A stretch of DNA of 64,000 nucleotides, from positions 256,001 through 320,000 of the forward strand of contig CBDBPB010000001.1 in the NCBI GenBank assembly GCA_965208615.1. The letters run 5' to 3'. How positions within the stretch are numbered: the stretch's first letter is position 1; each line of letters opens with the position of its first letter. A model generated the notes under the pieces. That model saw only the letters and a list, made by a program, of their open reading frames with translations. It did no database searches and was not told the origin of the DNA. This document shows positions 1 through 10,857 of the stretch, piece after piece. This stretch comes from Spirochaetota bacterium (GTDB lineage Bacteria > Spirochaetota > UBA6919 > CBDBPB01). A program made the translations under genes and the position numbers.

Positions 1-1
1 T

Positions 2-322
2 CCAAGAACCATAACCCAGGGAGAAGCCTTAAACAAGATGTTAAACGAAATAAATACTAAAATCGATTACGTCATATATATAGACGTAAACGATGATAAC
101 CTTATTCAAAGACTTTTAGGGCGTGCTCAAAAAGAGGGTAGAAGCGATGATAACGAAAATACCATTAAAAAAAGAATAAGTGTTTATAAAGATCAAACCC
201 TACCATTAAAGGACTACTATAAACAAAAAGGAATTTTAAAAGAAATTAATGGTATTGGTACTATAAGCGATATTACCAAGAGGATAATGGATAAAATAGG
301 CGAAGTTTCTTATAAAAAGTAG
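2..322 (+). CDS. adk: Adenylate kinase, short-LID type (5'-truncated by window edge)
   Basis: Frame open from base 2 (PRTITQGEALNKML...); motifs PRT..Q, RLLGR..EGRSDDNE..IKKR..VY..QT.PL..YY. Confidence 0.93.
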   Translation, partial: PRTITQGEALNKMLNEINTKIDYVIYIDVNDDNLIQRLLGRAQKEGRSDDNENTIKKRISVYKDQTLPLKDYYKQKGILKEINGIGTISDITKRIMDKIGEVSYKK

Positions 323-354
323 TACCCATAAAAACTAATATAAAAGGATAATAA

Positions 355-1230
355 ATGGCTCACTTGAAATTAGGTATACCAAAAGGTAGCCTGCAAGATG
401 CTACAATAGAACTGTTTAAAAAAGCTGGATACAAGATAAATATTTCTGATAGAAGTTACTATCCTCATATAGACGATGATGAGATTGAGTGTTTATTAAT
501 TCGTGCACAGGAAATGGCACGTTATGTTGAAAAAGGTATTTTGGATGCAGCATTAACTGGATTAGATTGGATATTAGAATATGAAGCTAATGTTGAATTG
601 GTTACAAAGCTTATTTACTCCAAACAGGGTATGGGACCTGTTAGATGGGTAGTAGCTGTTCCCAATAACTCTACTATTATGTCTGCTAAAGACTTACAAG
701 GTAAAAGAATAGCTACTGAGGCTGTAGGACTTACAAAGCAATACCTTAATAAACACAATATAACTGCAGAAGTAGAGTTTTCATGGGGTGCCACAGAGGT
801 TAAGCCTCCAAAGCTTGCTGATGCTATTGTAGAAGTTACAGAAACTGGCAGTTCTTTAAAGGCAAATAACCTCAGGATAGTTGATGAGGTTTTACAATCT
901 ACCACACAGCTTATCGCAAATAAAAACTCATATAAAAAAGATATGTGGAAAAAGAATAAAATCGACCAGTTGGCAATGCTATTAAAGGCTGCATTAGCCG
1001 CTGAGAACAAGGTGGGGATATTATTAAACGTTGAACAGCCTAATATAAAAAAAGTTGAGGCTCTTTTACCATCTCTTAAAGCCCCTACTATATCCCGACT
1101 TGAGACTGAGGGCTGGTATGCCATTAATACTATTATATCAGAACCTCTGGTTAGGGATTTAATACCAAAGCTAAAACAGCTTGGTGCACAAGGAATTGTT
1201 GAGTTTCCACTAAACAAGATTGTTGAGTAA
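355..1230 (+). CDS. hisG: ATP phosphoribosyltransferase, long form
   Basis: [37 protein letters not shown] and C-terminal regulatory domain ([19 protein letters not shown]). Confidence 0.97.
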   Translation: MAHLKLGIPKGSLQDATIELFKKAGYKINISDRSYYPHIDDDEIECLLIRAQEMARYVEKGILDAALTGLDWILEYEANVELVTKLIYSKQGMGPVRWVVAVPNNSTIMSAKDLQGKRIATEAVGLTKQYLNKHNITAEVEFSWGATEVKPPKLADAIVEVTETGSSLKANNLRIVDEVLQSTTQLIANKNSYKKDMWKKNKIDQLAMLLKAALAAENKVGILLNVEQPNIKKVEALLPSLKAPTISRLETEGWYAINTIISEPLVRDLIPKLKQLGAQGIVEFPLNKIVE

Positions 1231-1234
1231 AACT

Positions 1235-2416
1235 ATGTATCCAAAGGGATTTATTTTAAATGGTACATCTTGCGGTATAAAAAAGAACTCACTCCATGAT
1301 ATTGGTATAATTTATTCTAATACTCCATGTACTTATGCAGGAGTTTTTACTAAAAATACTATTCAAGCCGCTCCTGTAAAGCTTTGCAAGGAGAGACTTA
1401 CTAATACTATTCACGGACTGGTTGTTAACAGCGGATGTGCTAATTCTTTTACCGGTAAACGGGGATTAGATGATGCATACAGTATGACCAATATTATGGC
1501 TAATGAGCTTGATCATAATAGTGAGAACTTTTTATGCTTATCCACTGGGGTTATTGGTGAACATCTCCCTATGGACAATATCAAAAAAGGGATTGTCAAT
1601 CTGGCTAAGTCTGTGGGGGGTAGTATTAATGATCCTAATAGTTTTGCTCGATCTATTATGACTACTGACACTAGAGCGAAACAAAGGTCTATGAAGCTTA
1701 GTATTGGGGATAAGGTTATTAGCATTTATGGTGCTGTAAAGGGTTCTGGTATGATATTCCCCAATATGGCTACTATGCTTGCTTTTATTGTCACTGATAT
1801 TGCCATATCCGATAATATGCTAAATAGGGCTTTAGCTTATGTTGCTGATATTACTTTCAACTCTATATCCGTGGATGGAGATATGAGTACCAATGATAGT
1901 GTTATTCTGTTAGCCAATGGTGAAGCGAATAATAATATTATTGATGAAGATAATGAGGACTATTACTTATTCAGATCTATGTTAGAAAAGCTATCACTAT
2001 ATTTAGCTAAGGAGATTGTTAGGGATGGTGAGGGTGCAACTAAGTTTATAGAGATTGTTGTAAAGGGTGCCTTATCCCCTGATGATGCTTTTAAGTGTGC
2101 ATCTCATTTATCCAATTCTCTTTTGGTTAAAACTGCATTCTTTGGTGAAGATCCAAACTGGGGTAGATTTATTTATGCTATAGGGGCTTCTGGGTGTTCC
2201 TTAGTAGAAAAGAAGATCAACATCAAACTGGGGGATATTACCTTAGTCAAAAACGGAGAGAGAACTAACTTTACCGAAAAGCAGGCTTCTACGTATATGA
2301 AGAATCATGATCTTTATTTAGAGATAAATCTAAACATGGGTACTCACTCTAAAACTATGTATACTACTGATCTATCCTACGATTATATAAGGATTAACGC
2401 TGACTATAGGTCATAG
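1235..2416 (+). CDS. argJ: Ornithine acetyltransferase / N-acetylglutamate synthase
   Basis: NSGCANSFTG, STGVIG, IMTTDT, KGSGMIFPNMATML (autoprocessing A/T site), DGDMSTND, RDGEGATK, DPNWGR, YIRINADYRS; ATG at 1235 preferred over TTG at 1220. Confidence 0.97.
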   Translation: MYPKGFILNGTSCGIKKNSLHDIGIIYSNTPCTYAGVFTKNTIQAAPVKLCKERLTNTIHGLVVNSGCANSFTGKRGLDDAYSMTNIMANELDHNSENFLCLSTGVIGEHLPMDNIKKGIVNLAKSVGGSINDPNSFARSIMTTDTRAKQRSMKLSIGDKVISIYGAVKGSGMIFPNMATMLAFIVTDIAISDNMLNRALAYVADITFNSISVDGDMSTNDSVILLANGEANNNIIDEDNEDYYLFRSMLEKLSLYLAKEIVRDGEGATKFIEIVVKGALSPDDAFKCASHLSNSLLVKTAFFGEDPNWGRFIYAIGASGCSLVEKKINIKLGDITLVKNGERTNFTEKQASTYMKNHDLYLEINLNMGTHSKTMYTTDLSYDYIRINADYRS

Positions 2417-2459
2417 TTTTTACGATTTAGTCGGACTTATTATTAATGGCTATTAAATT

Positions 2460-3563
2460 ATGAGACTAGTTATAACAGGTGGTGGTAGTGGAGGACATAC
2501 TATTCCCGCTATTACCATTTATGATGAGCTTGTTGAGCGTTTTAGTAAACAAAACAGGCATTTTAAATGTATTTATATTGGTAGTCATAGGGGTATTGAG
2601 CGATCTATTGCCAAGGATAAGTCAATTGACTATTTTCCTATTAGCACTGGAAAACTAAGGCGATATTTTTCACTTAGAAACTTCACTGATATATTTAGAA
2701 TATTTAAGGGTTTTATAGACTCTATAAGGGTTTTAAAGAGGTTTAATCCAAATATCGTTTTTAGTACTGGCGGATTCGTATCTGTACCTGTGGTTATCGC
2801 TGCTAGTATTCTTAAGGTACCTGTAGTTATTCATGAGCAGACTTCTAGTATAGGTTTAGCAAATAAGATATGCGGTTACTTTGCTAAAAAGATAGCTATT
2901 AGTTTTTTATCCTCAAGGGACTATTTTCCTATTCATAAAGTGGTACATACTGGTTATCCCATTAGAAAAGAATTATTCAATGGTTCTTCTGATAGGTGTT
3001 ATAAGGGATTTAACCTTGATAAGTCCTTACCTATTGTATATATTACAGGTGGTTCTAGTGGTTCTCATAAAATAAATATGGCTATTAAGGCTATCCTAGC
3101 CGATCTTTTAGGTAAATGTCATATAATTCATCAATGTGGTACTACAGATTTTGATATTCTTAAGGATTACGCTGTTCCTTCTGGACTTAGAGGCAGTTAT
3201 ATACCGAAGAGCTTCATAAAAGATGAGCTTAAGGATATATTAAATACCTGTACCTTATTAGTAGGACGTTCTGGCGCTGGTACTGTTAGTGAGGTAATAG
3301 CTTTAGGTATTCCGTCTATTTTCATACCCCTCGCAATCGCAACCAGAAATGAACAATATAAGAATGCAAAAATCCCAGAGTCAATAGGTGGAGCAGTTAT
3401 TATAAACGAAAATAGTTTAAATCCCAATAAGTTAAAAAGTACAATTTTTGATATTATTCTTAATCCACAAAGAATAAAGTCTATGACTACTGGTTTAAAG
3501 TCTTTATCAGAGGAATGTGCTACAAATAAGATCCTTAACCTACTTATTGATAACACAAAATAA
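2460..3563 (+). CDS. murG: Undecaprenyl-PP-MurNAc-pentapeptide GlcNAc transferase
   Basis: TGGGSGGH, GKLRRY, STGGFVSVP, HEQ, GGSSGS, RSGAGTVSE, EQ..NA motifs. Confidence 0.96.
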   Translation: MRLVITGGGSGGHTIPAITIYDELVERFSKQNRHFKCIYIGSHRGIERSIAKDKSIDYFPISTGKLRRYFSLRNFTDIFRIFKGFIDSIRVLKRFNPNIVFSTGGFVSVPVVIAASILKVPVVIHEQTSSIGLANKICGYFAKKIAISFLSSRDYFPIHKVVHTGYPIRKELFNGSSDRCYKGFNLDKSLPIVYITGGSSGSHKINMAIKAILADLLGKCHIIHQCGTTDFDILKDYAVPSGLRGSYIPKSFIKDELKDILNTCTLLVGRSGAGTVSEVIALGIPSIFIPLAIATRNEQYKNAKIPESIGGAVIINENSLNPNKLKSTIFDIILNPQRIKSMTTGLKSLSEECATNKILNLLIDNTK

Positions 3564-3756
3564 TGAACTATTAAATAAAAGCTTATTTATATATTATTAA
3601 TAAGGGTTAGTAAAATTTACTTTTTTAACATTTTTTTTAAAAAAAGTTAAAAAAACAAAATACCTATAACAAAGCTGTAAAGTACGATTTTAAGGATATA
3701 TATTTAGTTAGGAATAAAAAAATATAGCAATTACTTGCTAAATATTGTAAAAAAAT

Positions 3757-3784
3757 TTGCCTTTTTATCATAATTTGGTATACT
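3757..3784 (+). promoter_or_regulatory. Sigma70-like promoter with extended -10, upstream of candidate sRNA
   Basis: TTGCCT (3757-3762), 16 nt, then TATACT (3779-3784) preceded by TG; no plus-strand ORF follows. Confidence 0.5.
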
Positions 3785-3789
3785 TAAAA

Positions 3790-3862
3790 TTAAAGTAAAG
3801 TATTATAAAGGTTGTATTTTGCGTTCCCCTCCCAGTCTACCAAAATACAGCCTGCTTTTTTT
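3790..3862 (+). ncRNA. Candidate small RNA (or terminator): 13-bp stem with C-rich loop followed by U-tract
   Basis: AGGTTGTATTTTG (3809-3821) pairs with CAAAATACAGCCT (3841-3853); loop CGTTCCCCTCCCAGTCTAC; followed by GCTTTTTTT. Confidence 0.45.
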
Positions 3863-3868
3863 ATTTAA

Positions 3869-4240
3869 TTAAATGTCATACTCGTCTTGATAGAGCTGTA
3901 GGGCTTGTTCTATATGGGATAAGATAAGTTTATGAATATCTTCTGATAAAATATTAATATTTCTATCATCTTCTAAGGTTTTAACGTATTCACCTGCAAG
4001 ACTAAAGACTCTTTTTGTTTTTTTAACGTCATCCACTATTTCTTTAATGCTTGATCCTTCTTTATACATTGCGGATAAATGATTAAGTAAGCCTATTACA
4101 CTTAGATTTGATTCAATAGCCTTTAAATCTTCCAGAATATTACTAATTTTCAGTTTTTTATTTGGATAGTTTTTTTCTATATAGCTTTCGAGTTCGCTAA
4201 TTTTCATTAAAAGAAGATTATTAGCTTGTATATTATGCAT
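3869..4240 (-). CDS. Hypothetical helical protein (~123 aa)
   Basis: ORF; GGAGG RBS precedes ATG at 4240; no recognisable motif. Confidence 0.6.
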   Translation of the reverse strand: MHNIQANNLLLMKISELESYIEKNYPNKKLKISNILEDLKAIESNLSVIGLLNHLSAMYKEGSSIKEIVDDVKKTKRVFSLAGEYVKTLEDDRNINILSEDIHKLILSHIEQALQLYQDEYDI

Positions 4241-4375
4241 ATTTCCTCCGTGAAATATCAATACAACATCTATAAAATCCTTTATGAGATTGACTATTTA
4301 ATATATTTTTCGACTAAATAAGTCATAAATTGACTTTTCAGCTAAAAATAATTTTTTTATTAAAATTGTTTTTTT

Positions 4376-5008
4376 TTATAGAACTGTTACTTTATTGTCG
4401 GCTATACTAACTCTATTTTCTACGATAGCCTGTATAATAGTAGGATAAAGTTTTTTTTCAACTGCAGAAACTCTTTTTTGAAGTATCTCTATAGTATCGC
4501 CGTCCAAGACTGGAACGCATTGTTGTGCAATAATAGGGCCATTATCATATTCTTTATCCACAAAGTGTATGGTACAGCCAGTTATTTTTACTCCAGACTT
4601 TAGCACGGCTCTATGAACTCTATCTCCATAATATCCCTTACCAGAAAAGGATGGTATTAAGGCAGGATGAATATTTATAACTTTATTAATATATCTATCA
4701 TCAGGAAAGTAAGGAGACATAAACCCTCCAAATACTATTAGATCAACCGGATAGTTAAATAATTTTTTGCTAATTTCTTTACTATAGTGTTCTATATCAT
4801 TTTTATACTGTTTAAAGGGAACTACTTCATAAGGAATATTCCAATTTTCTGCTCGCTTAATACCGTAGGCATTCTCACGGCTACTAACTACCACTGATAC
4901 TGTAGCTTTTACTTTATGGCTAGCGATATATTCAAGAAGGTTTTCAAGGGTAGTACCACTACCGGACAAAAAAAAGGCTATTTTAAATGGATTATTTATT
5001 TGTTTCAT
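4376..5008 (-). CDS. purN: Phosphoribosylglycinamide formyltransferase
   Basis: SGSGTTL, INIHPALIPSF.G.G.YG..VH.AV, GCTIHFVD.EYD.GPIIAQ. Confidence 0.96.
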   Translation of the reverse strand: MKQINNPFKIAFFLSGSGTTLENLLEYIASHKVKATVSVVVSSRENAYGIKRAENWNIPYEVVPFKQYKNDIEHYSKEISKKLFNYPVDLIVFGGFMSPYFPDDRYINKVINIHPALIPSFSGKGYYGDRVHRAVLKSGVKITGCTIHFVDKEYDNGPIIAQQCVPVLDGDTIEILQKRVSAVEKKLYPTIIQAIVENRVSIADNKVTVL

Positions 5009-5150
5009 AATTGATAGGGAACTTGGATTAGTTTATTTTATAAGACTATAAAATAACATATTTATTATTTATTGACAATTAATTTGATTTTAAAAAAAGT
5101 TTTCTTAATGTTATTATTAGGGACTATAGGGTTACGGTTATTTATTAATT

Positions 5151-5630
5151 ATGAGTAAGATATATAATGAGTTAGAAAATATTATATCGAACCTGCTAAG
5201 ATGGCGTAGAGAGTTTAGGGATAAAAAACTTAATATTTTAAAGTCTTTTTTAAAGGGTGGCGACGAAAAAGAAGTTGTTAATTATTTTATTTATAACAAG
5301 TTAAAAGATAGATTTCCTAATTTTTGTCCTTTATACCTTAAAAACCGCCTTTGTCATTCGGTTAAAGGGGATAAGCTAAACTGTTATGGATGTGATTGTC
5401 CTTATTTTGATCTATCCGCCTCTCCACATATAGACAATAACAAGGCTATTATAGGACATTGTCTAGCAAAGTCGAAAAAGAAGGAATATACAATATCAGG
5501 TTTTATAGACTATAAAGGAAAGACTATAGAATATCATATTTTGGATTGTAGTAAATGCATTATCCCCCATACCATGAGCTCTTGTAAGAAGTTTATAAAT
5601 AAAGACATAGGCAATCTAACGCCAGAGTAA
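5151..5630 (+). CDS. Cysteine-rich small-domain (zf-like) protein
   Basis: CPLY...CH.....LNCYGCDCPYF ... DCSKCIIPH pattern. Confidence 0.65.
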   Translation: MSKIYNELENIISNLLRWRREFRDKKLNILKSFLKGGDEKEVVNYFIYNKLKDRFPNFCPLYLKNRLCHSVKGDKLNCYGCDCPYFDLSASPHIDNNKAIIGHCLAKSKKKEYTISGFIDYKGKTIEYHILDCSKCIIPHTMSSCKKFINKDIGNLTPE

Positions 5631-5654
5631 TAAGTAGAATATTATTAAAGATTT

Positions 5655-5863
5655 TAGTAAGTTATTATAAAGGGGCTTTAGGGGTTTACTTTTTATGTTT
5701 GTTATTTATTCATAAAGGATTACGTATACTTTCTGGAGTTTTACATATAAAGCCAATATATTATATTGCAATAATCCGCTCTATGCCTTTATGGAACAGT
5801 AAATTCTTTAACACTTAATAAATGTCTATAGTTCTTAGTCTCAATAAGGGATTCTTAATAGCT
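5655..5863 (+). repeat. Partial, diverged copy of the MITE-like element
   Basis: 5741-5863 aligns with about 15090-15208 and with the reverse complement of about 25549-25672 (…ttcttagtctcaataagggattcttaatagct). Confidence 0.75.
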
Positions 5864-5879
5864 GTGTTATTAATTATTC

Positions 5880-6006
5880 TAGCTTTTAGATGAAAAATTA
5901 TTATAACATAATTCCTAAATAAATCTTATCTGTATTTTTTTAAGTTTAAAAAAGATAAATTACCTTAGAATACTTTTCATCTACACTAATAGAACAATTA
6001 GTAACA
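5880..6006 (+). repeat. Dispersed 127-bp repeat (family 2) with ACTAAT-N6-ATTAGT core
   Basis: Near-identical to 15837-15963; shorter copies at 6094-6157, 15569-15646, 23324-23390(-), 24317-24337(-). Confidence 0.88.
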
Positions 6007-6093
6007 ATACATTAGAATAAACTTTATACCCTGATTATTAAAAACTTAAAAGTTCTAAGCCCCCTTAGAACGCTTTTATAATACCATTTTAGA

Positions 6094-6157
6094 AAGTTTT
6101 AAAAAGATAAATTACCTTAGAATACCTTTCATCTACACTAATAGAACAATTAGTAAC
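6094..6157 (+). repeat. Short copy of family-2 repeat
   Basis: aagttttaaaaagataaattaccttagaatacctttcatctacactaatagaacaattagtaac repeats 5942-6005. Confidence 0.85.
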
Positions 6158-6240
6158 ATAACTATATCTACTGGTGTTTAAAAATTATAGAAATAATAAA
6201 AGTTATTCTATATAACTTTTCCCTGACAATTGGAGGTTAC

Positions 6241-7863
6241 ATGCGCAAGTTAAAAATTACTACTCAGTTATATCTTGGCTTTGGAATAACCCTGTTATTC
6301 TTGTTATCAATAGTCATTACCACATACTTATCCCTTGAAGAAAACTCTTCTTCATTAGAAGAACTTCTTGAACATGATAGAGCTGAGACCTTTTTAATTA
6401 AAAAAGAAGTTGCCTTATTAGAGGAATTACTTGATATCTCTGAAAATATTATTAGTAAAAAAAGATTGACTAAATTAAACTATAAAACAAATGCCTTTGG
6501 TAAGTGGTATTACGATAAAGAAAAACGGAAAAGCCTCCTTAGCGTTTTAAACGAAAAAGATAAAAAACTCTTTTTTAATATTGAAAGACCTTATAAAAAA
6601 CTTTATTCTATACTAAGCAAAATAAATAGTAAAATTATTGAAAGACGTAGAACTGACATAACTAATACTAACAAACTTAAAAGCCTAGATAAACAAATCT
6701 CTATGCTCTATTCAGGCGGCTTCTTAAAAAACCTTCATAAAATTGATAACACATTGGAAAAATTAGAGAAGATAATAGAAGTAGAGGCCAATGAAATTGA
6801 ACATTCAGCTATAGAATTTAATGACCTTGTAGAACTCGTTGTGCCAATCATAGGTCTTATTGTATTAATTACTAGTATAATTATTGCTTTCTTTATTACA
6901 AGGAGTCTTGTAGCTCAGCTTGGTACTGAACCATACGTTCTTTTGAATATTGCTACAAGAGTATCCAAAGGTGATCTAACATCCTTTTCTATAAAAGATC
7001 AAAACGCAAAAGATGATAAAGGGGTATTCGCTTCTATCAATAAAATGTCAGATAACCTTAAAAAAATTGTAGGCGATATTGCTGAAGTATCTGCTAACCT
7101 AGCCGCCAGTAGTGAAGAAATAAATGCTTCCGCAAACAACTTATCAGAAAATGCTCAAAACCAAGCCGCCAACGTAGAAGAAACTTCTGCTTCAACTGAA
7201 GAATTAACATCATCCATTAAACAGGTCTCCAGCCATACCAACTCTATGCAGGAAAAAAGTGAAAAAACTTTAGAAGAAGCTAAAGGCTATAAAGAAAATA
7301 TGAAACATGTTTCTGAAGAAATGGTCAACATTAGTGCAAGCACAGAAAAAATTGGCAACATAATAAAAGTCATTAATGATATTGCTGATCAAACTAACCT
7401 CTTGTCGTTAAATGCCGCAATAGAAGCCGCAAGAGCCGGAGAACATGGTAGAGGTTTTGCTGTAGTAGCTGATGCTATATCCACCCTTGCTAGTCGTAGC
7501 TCTGAATCCACTAAAGAAATTGAAAACCTTATCGAGGAAAGCGTTGAAAGAATTAATAATGGTGTAGGTTCCGTAAAAAAGTCTACTGAGGCTTTCGATG
7601 ATATAATAAAAACAATTGAAGAAAGTAATACTATGTCCATTGACATAGCTCAGGCAATGGAAGACCAAAAAAAAGGAAGTGAACAAATACAAAAAGCCAC
7701 TGAAGATGTTAATACCATTACTCAAAGCGTTAGTGCCAGCTCCGAAGAAATGGCAGGCAGTACATCAGAACTACATGGCTTGGCAGAAAAACTTAATGAA
7801 ATAGTTGCCTTTTTCACAATCGATAACAACGATAGTGCTAAAGCTCTCACTTTCCATAAGTAA
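6241..7863 (+). CDS. Methyl-accepting chemotaxis protein with degenerate periplasmic CZB-like sensor
   Basis: Two TM helices, HAMP-like linker, signalling hairpin [30 protein letters not shown]; FGKWYY motif in the sensor; GGAGG RBS. Confidence 0.95.
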   Translation: MRKLKITTQLYLGFGITLLFLLSIVITTYLSLEENSSSLEELLEHDRAETFLIKKEVALLEELLDISENIISKKRLTKLNYKTNAFGKWYYDKEKRKSLLSVLNEKDKKLFFNIERPYKKLYSILSKINSKIIERRRTDITNTNKLKSLDKQISMLYSGGFLKNLHKIDNTLEKLEKIIEVEANEIEHSAIEFNDLVELVVPIIGLIVLITSIIIAFFITRSLVAQLGTEPYVLLNIATRVSKGDLTSFSIKDQNAKDDKGVFASINKMSDNLKKIVGDIAEVSANLAASSEEINASANNLSENAQNQAANVEETSASTEELTSSIKQVSSHTNSMQEKSEKTLEEAKGYKENMKHVSEEMVNISASTEKIGNIIKVINDIADQTNLLSLNAAIEAARAGEHGRGFAVVADAISTLASRSSESTKEIENLIEESVERINNGVGSVKKSTEAFDDIIKTIEESNTMSIDIAQAMEDQKKGSEQIQKATEDVNTITQSVSASSEEMAGSTSELHGLAEKLNEIVAFFTIDNNDSAKALTFHK

Positions 7864-8021
7864 ACTGCTATAAGATAATTTACTAAAAAGGTGTGGTAAA
7901 AGCTTAATACATTAAAAAATAGCTAAAAAAACATATAACTTAGTGGATTCGCTTTATCTAGTTTCTATATGTAAAATTATATAAACTTGAATATAGTGTT
8001 TTAATAGAAAATCTTTTTCTT

Positions 8022-8048
8022 TAAGGTCAATAGCAAAAATGACGATAG
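8022..8048 (+). promoter_or_regulatory. Putative sigma28 (FliA)-like promoter upstream of fliN
   Basis: TAAG-N15-GACGATAG versus consensus TAAA-N15-GCCGATAA. Confidence 0.4.
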
Positions 8049-8214
8049 AACAATAAATATATGTTATATTTAGAAAGTAAAACTATTGGTATTTAATTAT
8101 ATTGTATATAAAAAGTAATTTTGTTAAAAAAATTATTTTTCCTTGACCTTATGTATTTAACAATATTATGTTTAATTAATTGATTCTAATAAAATTGTAC
8201 TAAAGGTATTTATA

Positions 8215-8733
8215 ATGAGTGAAGAATCATTATCTAGTAAAGAACTAGAGTCTTTATTAGAGGGAGCTGAAATAGTATCTGACGATACTGGTAAGTATAA
8301 AAAATCTGATAGAGAAAAAAACTATGAACTCCCCACAGAAGAAAATAGTAACTTACTAGATCAAGAAACTAGTATAAATAAATTGTCCGCTTCTGAAGAA
8401 AAAGAAAGTAAATCTAATACAAAGGATAATTCTGATAAGGTGATTGTTGGACAATTTTCATCACAGCAAAAACATAACGTTGAACTCCTACTAGATATCT
8501 ATGTTAAAATTACTGTTGAACTAGGTAGAACTAATATTAAGGTAAAAGATGTCCTTGGACTGGGTGAAGGCTCCATTATCGAACTTAATAAGCCTGCTAA
8601 TGAGCCTGTTGATTTGCTTGTTAATAATAGACTAGTAGCCAGAGGAGAGGTTGTTGTTATTGATGAAAACTTTGGAACAAGAGTTAGTAATATTGCATCC
8701 CCTAATGATTGGCTTATCTTAGAAGATACATAA
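8215..8733 (+). CDS. fliN: Flagellar motor switch protein FliN
   Basis: SpoA/FliN domain [14 protein letters not shown]...[40 protein letters not shown]; N-terminal LS..E.ESLL peptide. Confidence 0.92.
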   Translation: MSEESLSSKELESLLEGAEIVSDDTGKYKKSDREKNYELPTEENSNLLDQETSINKLSASEEKESKSNTKDNSDKVIVGQFSSQQKHNVELLLDIYVKITVELGRTNIKVKDVLGLGEGSIIELNKPANEPVDLLVNNRLVARGEVVVIDENFGTRVSNIASPNDWLILEDT

Positions 8734-8764
8734 AATAATCTAAATATATACTATTAACAATATC

Positions 8765-9691
8765 TTAATATTGAGGCCTAAAAGCCACTGTAGTAAAACG
8801 AGAACTACTACTTTCCTTAAGATTAGAATTAAATGTCGTTGTACCTCCACTTGTCCTTTTAAAGATAAAAGGCAACTTACTTCCCTTACTTTTTGTAGCA
8901 ACCCATTTACCATTACCATAGGCAATATCACTAAAACTATCATCAGAATTATTATTATAAATGAGATCATTAGTATGCCTAAGACTTTGTTCAAAAAACG
9001 ATACAGTATTATTTTGGTTTGCAGAAATCCAAATATTTTCATTAACATTGCTCTTCTTGCCATAAGCTATACTAATAGCATTAGCATTTTTAACTTTTTT
9101 CCATTGATCTCCCTGACTAATTTTATATATAGCACTACCAACTACCAAAACCCATAACTTATTACCATAACTAACGCCAGTACCATTACTAATAGTAGTA
9201 TTACTAAGCAAGCTGTTAGAACTATCCCAACTATTAGGATTAGAAAAGCCGTATTTATGTATTCTATTACTAGCTAAAGCAATCCACTTACCCTTGCCAT
9301 CAGTGGCCAGATCAGCAAAACTAGTACCATTTATTTTAAAATTATTTGTCCAATCAGTACCATCGTCATTTGAACTAAAAAGCTGTCCATTACTTGTCAG
9401 TGCAAGCCAATGACAGCCTTTATTTGTTGCACTTACTTTGCCGTATGCAAGACCAACAAAACTACCACCTGTAGTATTAGGTATATTTACTTCATCCCAA
9501 TTTTCAGCATCAATTGACTTATAAGCCTTATCAGCCGATAGCATAAGCCATAAATTATCACTCTTACAGTTATAATTGCCATTACCATTACCATTACCAT
9601 TACCTAAAAAGCCACTCCCAAGACTAATACCTTGAGAACCACAACTAATAAAGAGTAACAGTACTAAAAAATAAAACATCTCTTTTTTCAT
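8765..9691 (-). CDS. BNR/Asp-box beta-propeller lipoprotein, array copy 1
   Basis: Signal peptide MKKEMFYFLVLLLFISC (lipobox FISC); S.DDG..W Asp-box; repeated IAYGNG.WVA blades; C-terminal FTTVAFRP. Confidence 0.85.
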   Translation of the reverse strand: MKKEMFYFLVLLLFISCGSQGISLGSGFLGNGNGNGNGNYNCKSDNLWLMLSADKAYKSIDAENWDEVNIPNTTGGSFVGLAYGKVSATNKGCHWLALTSNGQLFSSNDDGTDWTNNFKINGTSFADLATDGKGKWIALASNRIHKYGFSNPNSWDSSNSLLSNTTISNGTGVSYGNKLWVLVVGSAIYKISQGDQWKKVKNANAISIAYGKKSNVNENIWISANQNNTVSFFEQSLRHTNDLIYNNNSDDSFSDIAYGNGKWVATKSKGSKLPFIFKRTSGGTTTFNSNLKESSSSRFTTVAFRPQY

Positions 9692-9810
9692 GACTAACCT
9701 TAAAATTAATGTAAAATAAGTATAATAAATTGATAAGATTAAGTCAAGTTAATCTGTTATAATAGGTAGCGCCTATATAGCTTTATAGTTGAAATTAACT
9801 AATTAAAAAA

Positions 9811-10737
9811 TTAAGGCCTAAATCCCACTGTAGTAAATCTAGGAGTAGGAGTAGGAGTAGGAGTAGGAGTTGTTGGAATACCAGTAGGCTCTATAGCAGT
9901 ATATTCTACAATATCAGTATTAGTATTAGGATTAGTAACAAGAGTAGTACTAAAGGTAAAAGGCAGGGCGCTTGCACTTCTTACGGCAACCCATACACCA
10001 TTACCATAAGCTATATCAATAAAACCAGTATTATTATTAGTATCATTACTATTAATAAAAACATCAAGACCCTTTTCAAGAAACCAAAGAAAACCCTCGC
10101 TTGTCACAGCAGTCCATATATTTTTACCATAAGCTATGTTATTAGTGTGCGTTCCAACTGATATAGGACCTTCCCAGGTATTTCCATCATTACTTTTATA
10201 TATATCACCATTATTAAAAACCAAACCCCATAAACCATTACCATAACTAATACCACTAGCTTGAGTATTATTACCAGGTAACTGACTATTAGTCCAATTA
10301 TTAGGATTAGAAAAGCCGTATTTATGTATTCTATTACTAGCTAAAGCAATCCACTTACCATTGCCATCAGTGGCCAGGTCTTCAAAACTAGCATTAATTA
10401 CATTACCATTACTTACCCAGTTAGCGCCATCGTCAGTTGAACTAAAAAAATGCCCATTCCTTGTCAGTGCAAGCCAATGATAATTATTACTTTTTGTATT
10501 TTCTTTGCCGTATGCAAGGCCAACAAATCTACCACCTGTAGTACTAGTTATATTAGATGGTTTTACTTCAGACCAGCTTTCACCATTAGTTGACTTATAA
10601 GCCTTATCAGCCGATAGCATAAGCCATAAACCACCACTCTTACCATTGCCTAAAAAGCCGTTTCCAAGACTAATACCTTGAGAACCACAACTAATAAAGA
10701 GCAACAGTACTAAAAAACAAAACATCTCTTTTTTCAT
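9811..10737 (-). CDS. Beta-propeller lipoprotein, array copy 2
   Basis: Same N-terminus and blade motifs; (PT)n tract from AGGAGT x5 at 9841-9870. Confidence 0.87.
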   Translation of the reverse strand: MKKEMFCFLVLLLFISCGSQGISLGNGFLGNGKSGGLWLMLSADKAYKSTNGESWSEVKPSNITSTTGGRFVGLAYGKENTKSNNYHWLALTRNGHFFSSTDDGANWVSNGNVINASFEDLATDGNGKWIALASNRIHKYGFSNPNNWTNSQLPGNNTQASGISYGNGLWGLVFNNGDIYKSNDGNTWEGPISVGTHTNNIAYGKNIWTAVTSEGFLWFLEKGLDVFINSNDTNNNTGFIDIAYGNGVWVAVRSASALPFTFSTTLVTNPNTNTDIVEYTAIEPTGIPTTPTPTPTPTPRFTTVGFRP

Positions 10738-10857
10738 GACTAACCTTAAAATTAATGTAAAATAAATATAATAAATTTATAAGATTAAGTCAAGTTAATT
10801 TGTTACAATAGGTTAGCGCCTATATAGCTTTATAGTTGAAATTAACTAATTAAAAAA

